DNA of 62,950 nt, counting the filler, from Candidatus Woesearchaeota archaeon (GTDB lineage: Archaea > Nanobdellota > Nanobdellia > Woesearchaeales > JACPBO01), in assembly GCA_016180285.1 (NCBI GenBank). It is 5 parts of 5 records of this genome, joined end to end, with 100 filler letters (N's around TTAATTAATTAA, not from the genome) between each part and the next. Parts side by side here need not be neighbours in the genome. Positions count along the whole stretch, not along the records: positions 36,299 to 58,839 come from JACPBO010000018.1; 4 more parts are not named here. One strand, 5' to 3'. A program made the position numbers and the translations under genes. This document shows, piece by piece, positions 49,183 to 58,939 of the stretch (its first letter is position 1; each line of letters opens with the position of its first letter). The notes under the pieces are model-generated. The model did no database searches. It was not told the origin of the DNA and saw only the letters and a program-made list of their open reading frames with translations.

Positions 49183-49709
49183 TCTTCCTCGCCTATTTTT
49201 ATACCGAAATTTGTTTTCATAAAATTCATCGCATCATCTTTTTTTATCTGGTGGTCTTTTGCTATTTTGCCTTTGCAGAGTTTTCTTTTTTTAACCCTGA
49301 ACCCGGGCCTTTCCAAAGTAACGCATGCCTCTAATCCGATTACCCCTATTTCAGGGTCATATTTTACATCAGGTATGTCAATGTACTCCGGAATTCCGAA
49401 TGCCATGTTTCCATAGTCGTCAAACTGGCTCTCTTTAAGCTTATTTGCCTTTGATTCAAGCAGCCTTTTAAGCAGCTCAGCTGCCTTTTTTCCCCTTAAT
49501 GTAACTTTGCAGCCAATTGGCAATCCGGGCCTTAAGCCCCATGTAGGTATCCTTTTATTTGTAACCGTCTTTATTGGGGCCATGCCTGTCATGCTTTTTA
49601 GCAGCTTCATTCCTTTCTCTAGCAATGTCTGGTCTTTTCCTGCCCCGATATTCAATGTCAGCTTCTCTATCCTTATTTCTTTCATTGCATTGGTTTGCAT
49701 TTTAATCAT
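49179..49709 (-). CDS. rpl5: 50S ribosomal protein uL5
   Basis: [22 protein letters not shown]. Confidence 0.96.
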   Translation of the reverse strand: MIKMQTNAMKEIRIEKLTLNIGAGKDQTLLEKGMKLLKSMTGMAPIKTVTNKRIPTWGLRPGLPIGCKVTLRGKKAAELLKRLLESKANKLKESQFDDYGNMAFGIPEYIDIPDVKYDPEIGVIGLEACVTLERPGFRVKKRKLCKGKIAKDHQIKKDDAMNFMKTNFGIKIGEEE

Positions 49710-50392
49710 TCAATTTTTATTAGCGGCTTTTCCTTTCCTACAACAAAGCATTGTTCTTTTCTTGCTTCAAATTTTTTATCATTTGAATTTAACGATACAA
49801 CATCGCCCTTTATTTCCTCAATAACTGCCAATTCTGCGATGTGCTTCCCGCCGGTTGTATAGGCGCTGGCCCCCTTTTCAAATTTCAGCACATTGCTTAT
49901 TTTCTGGTCTGGCAAATTCAAAACAAGCACATCATTGGATTTATAATCGCCTTTTTCAGCCAAAACATTTCTGCTGTCGCTAAGATTCAGCTGCGTCTTT
50001 CCGCCTCTTATTACAGTTTTGTTTATTATTTTGGACAATTTTATTTTTGCTTCATCATCGCTTATTTTGGCCAGCCTAAGCCTTCCTTTTTTGTCCAGCA
50101 GCACCCTGAAGCTCTCTTTTGTCTCAGGTATTGAAAGCACATCCATCAGGCCGATAAGGAAACGCGGCTCTTTTCTTCTTTTTCCGTCTACTAGTATGTC
50201 CTTGCTGTTCAGGATATGCTTCACTTCCCTATTGTTTTTTGCAATATGAAGCAGGTCTTTCAGCATTATGGCCAGAGATGTGGCAAGCCCAAACTCATGA
50301 GAACCAGCCAACGGCCGGGTTATGAATTTCTCTCCTTTCCTTTTAATTGGCCACGACTTTGGCGCCGCCAGTCTTTTTAGGTGTTTTTTCAT
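49706..50392 (-). CDS. rps4e: 30S ribosomal protein eS4
   Basis: HLKRLAAP.SW, VDGK.R..GLMDV. Confidence 0.95.
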   Translation of the reverse strand: MKKHLKRLAAPKSWPIKRKGEKFITRPLAGSHEFGLATSLAIMLKDLLHIAKNNREVKHILNSKDILVDGKRRKEPRFLIGLMDVLSIPETKESFRVLLDKKGRLRLAKISDDEAKIKLSKIINKTVIRGGKTQLNLSDSRNVLAEKGDYKSNDVLVLNLPDQKISNVLKFEKGASAYTTGGKHIAELAVIEEIKGDVVSLNSNDKKFEARKEQCFVVGKEKPLIKIE

Positions 50393-50780
50393 TTTTTACT
50401 TCCTTTAAATTCTTTCTTTCCAGTATCTTTTTTCGTTTTTTATCTTCAAGATTCAATCCCGTTATCATCAAATTTGAAGGGTGTATTGGGTAGAGTGTTT
50501 TTGAGCCGTCTCTTTTCACGATTTCGATTCCTGCGACATATGCCCTTTCTTTTTTTGTGTCAACCTTTTCTACATTTCCTTCTTGCTTCCTGAACTGACC
50601 AACCATGATTTTCACTTTATCGCCTGCTCTCAGGCGCATGCCTCTCCTGTTGTAGGCTTTTCTTAGCTCCTTGGATAAATGCGCAGCCAGGAATTTTCCC
50701 TTTATGTGGAGCGGAGCATTAGCCCTGTATTTGCGCTGCTTTCTTGGCTGACTGCTGCTATTCCATGATTTTGAAAACAT
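50343..50780 (-). CDS. rpl24: 50S ribosomal protein uL24
   Basis: PRKQRK...APLH, GDKV, IHPSN. Tail overlaps rps4e by 50 nt. Confidence 0.94.
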   Translation of the reverse strand: MFSKSWNSSSQPRKQRKYRANAPLHIKGKFLAAHLSKELRKAYNRRGMRLRAGDKVKIMVGQFRKQEGNVEKVDTKKERAYVAGIEIVKRDGSKTLYPIHPSNLMITGLNLEDKKRKKILERKNLKEVKNEKTPKKTGGAKVVAN

Positions 50781-50798
50781 TTTTTTAATTCTCCATTG

Positions 50799-51200
50799 TT
50801 AAGCTACAACCGTCGCTATCTTTGCGACCATTGGCCACCTTTCTACAATCTCTTTTGCAATAGGCCCCTTGAGCAAAGTTCCTTTCGGATTGCCTTTTTC
50901 ATCTTTCAAGACGACAGCTGCGTTGTCTTCGAATTTTACCCTGAGCCCATCAGCTCTTCTGTACTCCTTTCTCTGCCTCACTATAACGGCATACACTACC
51001 TGTTTTCTCATCTCTGGCTTGCCTTTTCTTACTGATGCCAAAATAAGGTCAGCCACACCTGCTGTTTCAACTCTTCCCTTTGTGGTTTTTTTGTTTATAA
51101 CTGAAACTATCTTGATCAGCTTTGCCCCTGAATTATCGCATACATCGAGGAACGAGCCTCTTTGCAGCCCTCTAGTTACTCTTGCTTTTAGTGCCTGCAT
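50799..51200 (-). CDS. rpl14: 50S ribosomal protein uL14
   Basis: DNSGAK, FEDNAAV. Confidence 0.96.
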   Translation of the reverse strand: MQALKARVTRGLQRGSFLDVCDNSGAKLIKIVSVINKKTTKGRVETAGVADLILASVRKGKPEMRKQVVYAVIVRQRKEYRRADGLRVKFEDNAAVVLKDEKGNPKGTLLKGPIAKEIVERWPMVAKIATVVA

Positions 51201-51534
51201 TTTCTTTCCCGGTTTTTTCGATTATTACAAATTTTTTTGTTTTGCTTATTGGCCTGCATTCAGCAATCTTAACAGCATCGCCTTCTTTTGCGTCTATGCA
51301 GGGAGGATTGTGAACCCTTACCTGTGTTCTCCTTTTTTCATATCTCTCGTATTTTTTTATAAGCACACGCCTTTCCCATTCTACTGTGGCGGATTTATTT
51401 GATTTTGCAGCAATAACAGCTGCTGTAAAAATCCTGCCCCTTGCTTTCAGGCTGCCGTGAAAAGGGCAATGCCTGTCATCACAAGCTTTTTCAGGCGATT
51501 TCACTTCTATTCCTATATTTTTGATTTTATCCAT
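51172..51534 (-). CDS. rps17: 30S ribosomal protein uS17
   Basis: CPFHG, KYERY, ECRPISKTK. Confidence 0.96.
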   Translation of the reverse strand: MDKIKNIGIEVKSPEKACDDRHCPFHGSLKARGRIFTAAVIAAKSNKSATVEWERRVLIKKYERYEKRRTQVRVHNPPCIDAKEGDAVKIAECRPISKTKKFVIIEKTGKENAGTKSKSN

Positions 51535-51553
51535 TTTAGCCTTTGTAAGTTTC

Positions 51554-51862
51554 TTATTGCACTTCGATTGTTTCTGGCGCGAATCCCAAACGAACCAATT
51601 CTTCCTTTACCTTGTGCTTGTGGTCTCCCTGCAGCTCAACCTTTCCGCTTTTTATCGTTCCGCCGCAGGCAAATTTGCTTTTTAGGTTCTTTATCAGCTC
51701 TTTCATGTCAATTTCTTTGCTGTCAACGCCCTCAATAACAGTATACACCTTGTTGAATTTCTTCTTCTCCAGCGCCACTATTATTTTCTGGGTTTCCTTA
51801 GCTATTGTTTCGCAGACGCAAAGTTCTTTCGGCAATCCGCACTTAGAGCATATTTCGCTCAT
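51554..51862 (-). CDS. sui1: Translation initiation factor SUI1 (aIF1)
   Basis: CGLPKELC, ACGGT, ELQGDH. Confidence 0.95.
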   Translation of the reverse strand: MSEICSKCGLPKELCVCETIAKETQKIIVALEKKKFNKVYTVIEGVDSKEIDMKELIKNLKSKFACGGTIKSGKVELQGDHKHKVKEELVRLGFAPETIEVQ

Positions 51863-51865
51863 TCG

Positions 51866-52063
51866 TTATTTTTTAACCTCCTTGGTCTTCAATATTGTTT
51901 TTATTCTTGCAATTGTTTTTTTAATGCCCTTTATCTGGCCCGGGTTCTTTATTATTGTTCCCATGGCAACCTGTGAATTTAATTTCATAAGCTCTTTTCT
52001 TATCTCGCTGCTCTTTTCTTTCAGGTCAGCTTCTCCCATCAGCTTCAGCTCTTTAAATTTCAT
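51866..52063 (-). CDS. rpl29: 50S ribosomal protein uL29
   Basis: NPGQI..IKKTIARIKT; operon position. Confidence 0.93.
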   Translation of the reverse strand: MKFKELKLMGEADLKEKSSEIRKELMKLNSQVAMGTIIKNPGQIKGIKKTIARIKTILKTKEVKK

Positions 52064-52859
52064 TTTCTACCTTTGGCTTTTCTTCCTGTGATTCCTGAGA
52101 ATCTTTTGCATTTTCAGAACTGGCTTCATTCTTGGCCTTTTTCTTTCTTCCCTTTGGCTTTTTAGGCTCTTCTGTTTTTTGCTCCTGGGCTTTTTCAGCC
52201 TCTGTTTCTTCCACTTCACTTTTTTCTTCTGATTTATTTTCTGCAGCTTCCTTATCTTCAGCCTGCGCTTTGAATTTTATTTTGTCAGGCAGCACTATGT
52301 CAGGCGGCATTATCCTGACCTGCACGCCAATTATTCCCGATTTCAGCTTCGCCTGCGCATATGCCTTCTTTATACCCGAGATTGCGGCTTCTCCGCATTT
52401 CTTCAAATAACCCATATAAAATCTCCATCTTTTTGCGCGCGCGCTCGGCAGTTTTCCAGAAATCAGTATCTCTATGCCCAATGCACCTGCGCCTATCACT
52501 TCAACCATTGTTTTGTGGCCGACAGCCTTGAACTTGTTAGCGCCAAACACTTCGAGCGCATTTGCAATCCTCTCTGCAACAATCTGCGGATCAAGGAATA
52601 TGTTTTCAACCTCGGAAATCTCGATCTGCGGGTTTTCCAGATTGAATTTCTTCTTCAGGTTTTTCGTAAGCTTCTTTATGTTTGCGCCTTTTTTACCTAC
52701 AATAAGGCCTGGCCTCGATGCATATATAACGATCTTCTCGCCCAAAGGCGTGCGCACCATTTTTGTGTGGCTGTGCCCCACCTTGCTCAGATTCTGCTCT
52801 ATAAACTCCTGAATCTGGAATTCCTTTATTCTGTCATTAACTAGTTTTCTCTCAATCAT
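52053..52859 (-). CDS. rps3: 30S ribosomal protein uS3
   Basis: RPGLIVGKKG KH domain, GIEILISGK. Confidence 0.96.
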   Translation of the reverse strand: MIERKLVNDRIKEFQIQEFIEQNLSKVGHSHTKMVRTPLGEKIVIYASRPGLIVGKKGANIKKLTKNLKKKFNLENPQIEISEVENIFLDPQIVAERIANALEVFGANKFKAVGHKTMVEVIGAGALGIEILISGKLPSARAKRWRFYMGYLKKCGEAAISGIKKAYAQAKLKSGIIGVQVRIMPPDIVLPDKIKFKAQAEDKEAAENKSEEKSEVEETEAEKAQEQKTEEPKKPKGRKKKAKNEASSENAKDSQESQEEKPKVENEI

Positions 52860-53350
52860 CTTCTTGCCATGTGCCTCATTCTTTTGAAAGGCCTGAATAT
52901 TTTCTTTATTTCTTTCGGAGTTCCGCTTTCCAAAACAATCTCAATATGCGCCCTCTTCATGTGCCTTCTTCTTTTTCTTCCATAGTGCCACTGCTTGGCT
53001 GCTCTCTGCGGAACAATGCTTTTGATGAAAAGGTCTTTTCCCAGCCCTTTGAACACAGCATTCGCTTCTGCTGCCTTAAGCGTTTCAAGTATATTTTCGC
53101 ATGTCTTTACAGGAAACCTTCCTGGCCCGATATTTTTTCTGTGAGCAAGATCCTGCTGGAATTTTCTGTAAGGGACAGCTTCTTTTTTTCCAATCACATC
53201 CATCAAAGTCTTTTTTGCTTTTTCAACATTTTTGTTTCTTATCATATTGCAGACTTCTAACGAATGCTTTATTGATGCAGGCAGGTCTCTTCCTACTGCC
53301 TTTGCATTTTTCCCGTTTTCAATTTTTGAAGCGTATTTGTATTTTGCCAT
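52856..53350 (-). CDS. rpl22: 50S ribosomal protein uL22
   Basis: GRFPVK, AEANA..KG, HIEIVL. Confidence 0.95.
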   Translation of the reverse strand: MAKYKYASKIENGKNAKAVGRDLPASIKHSLEVCNMIRNKNVEKAKKTLMDVIGKKEAVPYRKFQQDLAHRKNIGPGRFPVKTCENILETLKAAEANAVFKGLGKDLFIKSIVPQRAAKQWHYGRKRRRHMKRAHIEIVLESGTPKEIKKIFRPFKRMRHMARR

Positions 53351-53364
53351 TAGCGTATTTATAT

Positions 53365-53748
53365 TTATTTCACCGATAAGCTCGCGGATGATTTTGTTGC
53401 CCCGATTCCAGGAGCTCCGTGCTGCACCTTCTTTCTTGTCTGGGCAAATTCACCAAGAGAATGCCCCAGCATCTCCTCTTGTATTATCACCGGAACAAAT
53501 TCCTTGCCATTGTGTATTTTAATCATCATTCCGAACATATCGGGCAGTATAAGCATATTTCTGCAGTGAGTTTCTATATTGGGCTCATTTCTTCTTATTT
53601 TTTCAAGCAGTTTTTTCTGGCTGTCTGTAAAGCCGCGCTTTATTGTTCTTCTTGGCCTTGAGGGCAGTATCTGAGCCAGCTCATTCAGGCTCATTCTCTT
53701 CAGCTCTTCAGTTGTTTTTCCTCTGTAAGTAAATTCCTTTTTAACCAT
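53365..53748 (-). CDS. rps19: 30S ribosomal protein uS19
   Basis: THCRNM, GHSLGEF, PGIGAT. Confidence 0.96.
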   Translation of the reverse strand: MVKKEFTYRGKTTEELKRMSLNELAQILPSRPRRTIKRGFTDSQKKLLEKIRRNEPNIETHCRNMLILPDMFGMMIKIHNGKEFVPVIIQEEMLGHSLGEFAQTRKKVQHGAPGIGATKSSASLSVK

Positions 53749-53749
53749 T

Positions 53750-54466
53750 TTATCTCTTCAGCCTTCCTGTTCTCTTTGCAGCTATTAATCCAACTTTTCT
53801 TCCAGGAGGCGCATTTCTCGAAACAGTAGATGGCTTGTTCTTCTTTGATGACCTGCTTCCTCCGAATGGGTGGTTGACTGCATTCTGCGCAATTCCCGAA
53901 ATCTTCGGATAAAGCTTGTTTCTCGCTTTCTTCCAGTAAAATCTACCGCCTGCCTTTACAAATGGCTTGTCAACCCTGCCGCTGCCGGCAACTATTCCGA
54001 TGCTTGCCCTGCAGTTGAAGTGGAATAATTTTTCCTTCTTTGAAGGAAGCTGCACCAGAACATAGTCTTTTGTTTTTGAAAGTATTTTTGCGGATGCTCC
54101 GGATGCTCTGCAGAATTTCCCGCCATCTCCGGGAATTACTTCTATGTTATATATAGATGTTCCCTCAGGTATGTCTTTTAAGCTCATTATGGATCCGGGC
54201 TTTATATCTGCTGCCTGGCCGATCTGTATAGTGTCATTGACTCTTACGCCTTCTGGCGCAATATTATGGCCATCTTTTCCGTTATTGTATTTTAGTTTCA
54301 ATAATGGCCCCGAATGGCCGCTTGAATGAAATATGTCCAGTATTTTTCCTTCGGCAATATTTTCAGATAGCGGCATGTACTTGATATCTCCTTCATAGCG
54401 GAATGATGGGGCCCTATAAGTTGAGCTTCCCTTTCCCCGCTTTTGCTGAATCAGATTCTTTCCCAT
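53750..54466 (-). CDS. rpl2: 50S ribosomal protein uL2
   Basis: [23 protein letters not shown]. Confidence 0.96.
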   Translation of the reverse strand: MGKNLIQQKRGKGSSTYRAPSFRYEGDIKYMPLSENIAEGKILDIFHSSGHSGPLLKLKYNNGKDGHNIAPEGVRVNDTIQIGQAADIKPGSIMSLKDIPEGTSIYNIEVIPGDGGKFCRASGASAKILSKTKDYVLVQLPSKKEKLFHFNCRASIGIVAGSGRVDKPFVKAGGRFYWKKARNKLYPKISGIAQNAVNHPFGGSRSSKKNKPSTVSRNAPPGRKVGLIAAKRTGRLKR

Positions 54467-54476
54467 TTTGCCTCAA

Positions 54477-54737
54477 TCACATAAGCCCGAGTTTTGTCGC
54501 AACATTTATTGCAGGTGTTTCCTTATTGAATTTAACATACGCCCTTTTTTCGCCGTCAGGCCCTACAAGCGTGTTGACATCATCAACCCTTGCCTTGAAC
54601 ATCTCTTCAACTGCCTTTTTTATCTCTGATTTTTTTGCCTTTTTATTTACAACAAACACCAGCTTGTTCTCTGAATCCATCAATCTTATCGATTTTTCTG
54701 TCGACAGCGGATATTTGATTACTTTTTCTGTTTCCAT
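54477..54737 (-). CDS. rpl23: 50S ribosomal protein uL23 (start moved to METEK)
   Basis: PLSTEK, NKLVF, VNT, KRAYV. Confidence 0.95.
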   Translation of the reverse strand: METEKVIKYPLSTEKSIRLMDSENKLVFVVNKKAKKSEIKKAVEEMFKARVDDVNTLVGPDGEKRAYVKFNKETPAINVATKLGLM

Positions 54738-54738
54738 T

Positions 54739-55530
54739 TTATGTGAATAACCTGTTTTTATCAAGCTCGTCTATTGCAGCTTCCGTGAACAATGCGATTC
54801 TCGGCCTTATTCCCGGAACCAGTAATTCTGCATTTATGTTTTTCACTTCAACTATGTCTGATCCTGAAATATTCTTTGCAGCGCTCATCAGCCCGCATTT
54901 TTTTGAAACAACAAAAAGCACGCTTTTTTTTGTCCTATATTTTCTGCCGCGCATTTTTCCCTTGCCGGCCCTTATTGTTCTTTCTTCTGCTCTTTCAAGC
55001 TCATTTAAAAATCCAAGCCGGATTAATGCATCAATGACTTCTTTTGTTTTTCTTAATGATTCAAATTTTGTTTCGAGTATGAACGGATAATTTTCAGGGA
55101 CATTTTTCACAAATTCCTTGTTCATTGCAGCCGCCAATGCAGACCTTATTGCCTTTCTATTCTCCTTTTTGTTTACTTTTTTTGCCCAGTCTTTTGAAGG
55201 CTTCGGAGGATGCGCCCTTCTTCCTCCAACGGTTCCCGGAGCTACTGCTCCAACCCAGTTGTGCCTCGAGCCCTTTCCGCTCATTATCTTTCTTGGCACC
55301 CTTGAAATTCCTATTCCATAAGACCCTTTATAGTCTCTTCTTCTTCTTGACAGCTTTGCAGATGCCCTCTGCCCGGCTTCAAACTTTGCGCCATAAGGCT
55401 GCCTTGTATTCGCCCGGATTGCAATCACAGCCCTGCTTATTAGATCAAACCTTACAGGCTCGTTAAACTGCTGCGGCAATTCTTTTTTGCCGATTTCATT
55501 GTTGGTTAAGCTCAATACCGGGACTTTCAT
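54739..55530 (-). CDS. rpl4: 50S ribosomal protein uL4
   Basis: SRVPR, GGRRAHPP, RAGKGKMRGR. Confidence 0.96.
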   Translation of the reverse strand: MKVPVLSLTNNEIGKKELPQQFNEPVRFDLISRAVIAIRANTRQPYGAKFEAGQRASAKLSRRRRDYKGSYGIGISRVPRKIMSGKGSRHNWVGAVAPGTVGGRRAHPPKPSKDWAKKVNKKENRKAIRSALAAAMNKEFVKNVPENYPFILETKFESLRKTKEVIDALIRLGFLNELERAEERTIRAGKGKMRGRKYRTKKSVLFVVSKKCGLMSAAKNISGSDIVEVKNINAELLVPGIRPRIALFTEAAIDELDKNRLFT

Positions 55531-56501
55531 TTCATAATCACTCTTTCAATTTCAAATGACTCTTTTGCCGCCCCTTTGGTTGGCTTCAGTGCCTGCGTCA
55601 GAAGCAGTATTCTTTTGGCAGGCCCCATGACTGATCCTTTCACCAATACATAATCATTGTCAATCAGCCCATATCTTAAAAATCCGCCCCTAGGGTTTAT
55701 TGCCTTGTCGTTTGATATTTTAAGCAGCATTTTATTGTACTCTGTTCTTTGGTGGAAGCCCATTTTTCCGGCATGCGCCACTCTCCACATGAAATGTTGC
55801 TGTCCCATCCATCCGCCTAATGAAGCAGGTCCCCGCTTTGTTTTTTCTGACTTGTGCGACCTTAAATTTACTCCGAATCTTTTTACCGGGCCCTGATAGC
55901 CCTTGCCTTTTGTAACTGCATGAATGTCAACCAGCTGGCCTTCTTTGAAAACATCGCTTATCCTTATTTCTTTATTCATATGCTCTTTTATCCAGTTTAA
56001 TTTGTCCTGCAGGCTTCCCCCGACTGCGAGCTCAAAAACCTCGGGCTTCTTTTTTCCAATGCCTGTTAATTTCGGCTGTGTGTAAGCAAGCGCTTTTGCA
56101 TCAGTATAATCATCAATATTGATATTTTCCAGGCTTGTTTTCTGCTCTTTTTTTGGAAAAGGAATTTTTCTTCTCAATTCCTTGTCAAGTGATTTTGATA
56201 AAATCTGTGTAGAAGGAGCAACGCCATAGCCGAACTTCCTGTATAAAATGGCTGAAGCGATCTTGATTGGAGGGCATTCAACAATTGTTATAGGCACAGA
56301 TATCTTCTCGCCTTTTGTCATTGCATCAGGTGTGTTGTTTGTAGTTGTTACGTGGGCCATTGCAACCTTGTAACCTGCAAATCCAGCCGGCTTAACATCC
56401 TTTGGCAAAGCCCAAGTCCTAATTCTAGCTAAAATTCTTTTGGCCCTTTTCCTAGGCCAAAACTGCAAGCTTCCCCTTCTCGGTGCGTGTGCTCTGGGCA
56501 T
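55527..56501 (-). CDS. rpl3: 50S ribosomal protein uL3
   Basis: PRRGSL, GYKVAM, KGKGYQGPVKR, GFHQRTE. Confidence 0.97.
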   Translation of the reverse strand: MPRAHAPRRGSLQFWPRKRAKRILARIRTWALPKDVKPAGFAGYKVAMAHVTTTNNTPDAMTKGEKISVPITIVECPPIKIASAILYRKFGYGVAPSTQILSKSLDKELRRKIPFPKKEQKTSLENINIDDYTDAKALAYTQPKLTGIGKKKPEVFELAVGGSLQDKLNWIKEHMNKEIRISDVFKEGQLVDIHAVTKGKGYQGPVKRFGVNLRSHKSEKTKRGPASLGGWMGQQHFMWRVAHAGKMGFHQRTEYNKMLLKISNDKAINPRGGFLRYGLIDNDYVLVKGSVMGPAKRILLLTQALKPTKGAAKESFEIERVIMK

Positions 56502-56686
56502 TTTACTACTTCATCTATTGTTTTTGTTCAACTTCATTATTAAAAAAGCCTTTTTGCAGAGCCTTTTCTTAGAATACGTGTTATTAAACTCGTACTGAAA
56601 AGGCCCCTTTTCAGGCTTGTTTTTTTAATATTTAAATTAAAATTTAAATATATGCTCAGAATAAGGGAGTTGTTTATAAAGGTTGC
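56502..56686 (-). promoter_or_regulatory. Promoter and ~150-nt structured 5' leader of the rpl3 operon
   Basis: TTTATAAA box at 56673-56680. Nested inverted repeats in 56538-56630. Confidence 0.55.
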
Positions 56687-56863
56687 TCTTTTTGGTAAGT
56701 TAAAGGGATCTGATGTATAACTCTTTTCGGTTTTCTGCCTTTATGAATAAGGCATGGATGCTCACACAACAACAAATAAAATTACTTCTGAACTTGCAGG
56801 ACTAAAACTGGAAACAGGACAAAATAAATGGCTCGGAATGATAAAACTATCGGTAGCTGATTA

Positions 56864-57112
56864 TTAGAAATTTTTTAGATCATAAGGTGGTCTTGCGATA
56901 TAATAACCTATTATTGATCCGACAAGCCCAATTAAAAATTCAGGCATTGTTTTCTCGGAAAAAAGTAAAATTAAGAAAGCCACAACCATTGCAGCACAAA
57001 TAAAATTTCCTATAATGAAATGAAGTCCTATAACTTTTTGTTTTGGATTTTCAATGGCTCCTCTAAATACCGGGATAGAATTTATCTTAACATCAAAATT
57101 ATTATCTATCAT
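56864..57112 (-). CDS. Small two-TM hypothetical protein
   Basis: 82 aa with two hydrophobic segments; coupled to the upstream ORF. Confidence 0.55.
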   Translation of the reverse strand: MIDNNFDVKINSIPVFRGAIENPKQKVIGLHFIIGNFICAAMVVAFLILLFSEKTMPEFLIGLVGSIIGYYIARPPYDLKNF

Positions 57113-57360
57113 TATCTTAGTGTAGCGATGATTTTTTCTTTTTTGTCCTTTATATTCCTGATTATTATTTCATTACCATTTGCTTTTTCCATAGCAATAA
57201 ACTTTGTTAAAGCAATGCTACTTCTTATTACATCTGATATTGAAGAGACATCTAACTTTTTTTGTAATTCTTCAAGTTCTTTTCTAGCTTCTGTAGACAA
57301 AGTTATATGAACCTGTTTTTTTTCTGACTGCTCTTTTGCCATTTTTTTAACCTCCTTCAT
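57112..57360 (-). CDS. Ribbon-helix-helix-like DNA-binding protein
   Basis: VHITLSTEARKELEEL...SSISDVIRSSI; GGAGG precedes the MAKEQ start. Confidence 0.65.
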   Translation of the reverse strand: MKEVKKMAKEQSEKKQVHITLSTEARKELEELQKKLDVSSISDVIRSSIALTKFIAMEKANGNEIIIRNIKDKKEKIIATLR

Positions 57361-57510
57361 TGATTGATATACGTTAATATCTGCGAGGTATTTATAAATG
57401 TTGTGGTTTATTACATTTTATGTACCATTGACTTATATCAGGCATACCATTATTATATATATTTAATATAAATATACTACTTTTAATATACCCCAAAGTA
57501 TTTAAATGTT

Positions 57511-58314
57511 GTGGAGATTCATATAAAAATGACAGAAGAACTGCTAGTCAAGGAATTAGAAAAACTAAAAGATCATTTAGAACTAAATAACGACTTAATG
57601 CTAATTTTTTATAATCCTTCCATAGAAGAGCCAATGGAATTATGTGATTTTAACTCAATTTTTGCTTATATTAAACAACTTCAAGTTAAAAGAATGACAG
57701 TTATGTTGTATGGTTCTGGAGGCAATCTTAAGGCAGGAGGGGCAATAGGTCAACTATTACAAGAACATTTTGATTATTATGAAACTTTTGTTCCTTTCTC
57801 ATGTTGCTCTTCAATGTGTTATCCGTTTTTATACTCAAGAAAATTGTCTTTGTTGAGCACTTTCAATATAACTCAAATTGATCCTATTGCTAAGATCGAA
57901 ACTGAATCAATCCGTATAATAAGAGCACTAGGGATAAAAGATCCATTGATTAGTTCGCAGGCAAGACAACACCTTAATGACATAAGAGATTTAATCCCAA
58001 AAGTTTTAGCAAATAAAAAATCACTCTACAATCATAAGCAGGGCACCCTTCTTACCGCTAATGAAGAAATTGACAATTTAGTGGATTTATTTATGAATAA
58101 AGATGAACATGCCTCAAAAATAAGTTACGAAGAATTGAAACAGCTTAATCTCAATGTTAAGATGATAGCTGAAAATCCTCAACTAACGGAATGTTGTAGA
58201 AAAATAGTAGAATACGCTAAAGAACTTCTTGAAAGAGAAAATCAAAGACTTTTGGTAGTTTCCACCGCAAAACTAAAAGATCATTCTGAAAGGATATTAA
58301 TTAGTGAAACATAG
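57511..58314 (+). CDS. Divergent ClpP-class SDH (DUF114)-like serine protease homolog
   Basis: LYGSGG, FVPFSCCS, TQIDP and H..KI..EEL..L.L resemble SDH-family motifs. Confidence 0.55.
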   Translation: MEIHIKMTEELLVKELEKLKDHLELNNDLMLIFYNPSIEEPMELCDFNSIFAYIKQLQVKRMTVMLYGSGGNLKAGGAIGQLLQEHFDYYETFVPFSCCSSMCYPFLYSRKLSLLSTFNITQIDPIAKIETESIRIIRALGIKDPLISSQARQHLNDIRDLIPKVLANKKSLYNHKQGTLLTANEEIDNLVDLFMNKDEHASKISYEELKQLNLNVKMIAENPQLTECCRKIVEYAKELLERENQRLLVVSTAKLKDHSERILISET

Positions 58315-58404
58315 TCCTGATAAAAAATTATTCAAATCAGTTTTATTGGGTTTTAGATCCCTCTTACTTACCAGATCACGTTAAGGTGACGTTAAGTTAA
58401 CAGC

Positions 58405-58839
58405 TCACTCTTTTTGCTGCCTGCTTGCATGCCTTGCCCTTTTCTTCGCGTAATTCACAGGATTCTTTATTGTCCTGCACAGATCATCAGGTTTGCACAC
58501 CCCGATGTCGAGATAATATCCTTTGTTTATGCAGTTCGGAGGCAGTATCTTCTTTTTCTGCTGCTTGTGATACCTTACCTGCCCGATAAGATAAACTTCT
58601 CTCAGCTCTTCCCTGTTGTTCTTGTTCCACTTTCTAAGAAGCTCTTCTATTTTGTCATAATCCCAGCCTGCAGATGTTAAAAAATTAACCAGCACAAAAA
58701 GCGACCTTTTTCTTCCGTCTTCCACTCCTTTTAATATTAGCTTTATGCACGGAGGAAAGAGCTGCTCAGGAATCGCAGTTGTTAATTCTTCAAACTGCCT
58801 GTTTCCTGTTTTTTCCATTTGCTCTTCTTTTTTAATGCC
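58405..58839 (-). CDS. priL: DNA primase large subunit, C-terminal part (5'-truncated)
   Basis: FPPCI..GVEDGRKR, PPNC, CKPD..C..IKNPVNY. Confidence 0.9.
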   Translation of the reverse strand, partial: GIKKEEQMEKTGNRQFEELTTAIPEQLFPPCIKLILKGVEDGRKRSLFVLVNFLTSAGWDYDKIEELLRKWNKNNREELREVYLIGQVRYHKQQKKKILPPNCINKGYYLDIGVCKPDDLCRTIKNPVNYAKKRARHASRQQKE

Positions 58840-58939
58840 NNNNNNNNNNNNNNNNNNNNNNNNNNNNNNNNNNNNNNNNNNNNTTAATTAATTAANNNNN
58901 NNNNNNNNNNNNNNNNNNNNNNNNNNNNNNNNNNNNNNN
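58840..58939. other. Artificial contig spacer
   Basis: 100 bp of N with a central TTAATTAATTAA. Confidence 0.98.

Larger units (their letters stand above)
56693..58373. mobile_element. 1.7-kb AT-rich three-gene island bounded by 19-bp inverted repeats, no transposase
   Basis: TGGTAAGTTAAAGGGATCT (56693-56711) matches the reverse complement of 58355-58373, TGGTAAGTAAGAGGGATCT, at 17/19. Confidence 0.6.

Noticed and set aside
50343..51200. Long overlaps rpl24/rps4e (50 nt) and rps17/rpl14 (29 nt) as programmed frameshifts
   Set aside because: They involve only unconserved tails; all four genes are complete.
52861..52980. Short duplicated RHM motif in the uL22 tail
   Set aside because: Imperfect ~19-nt similarity with no evident significance.
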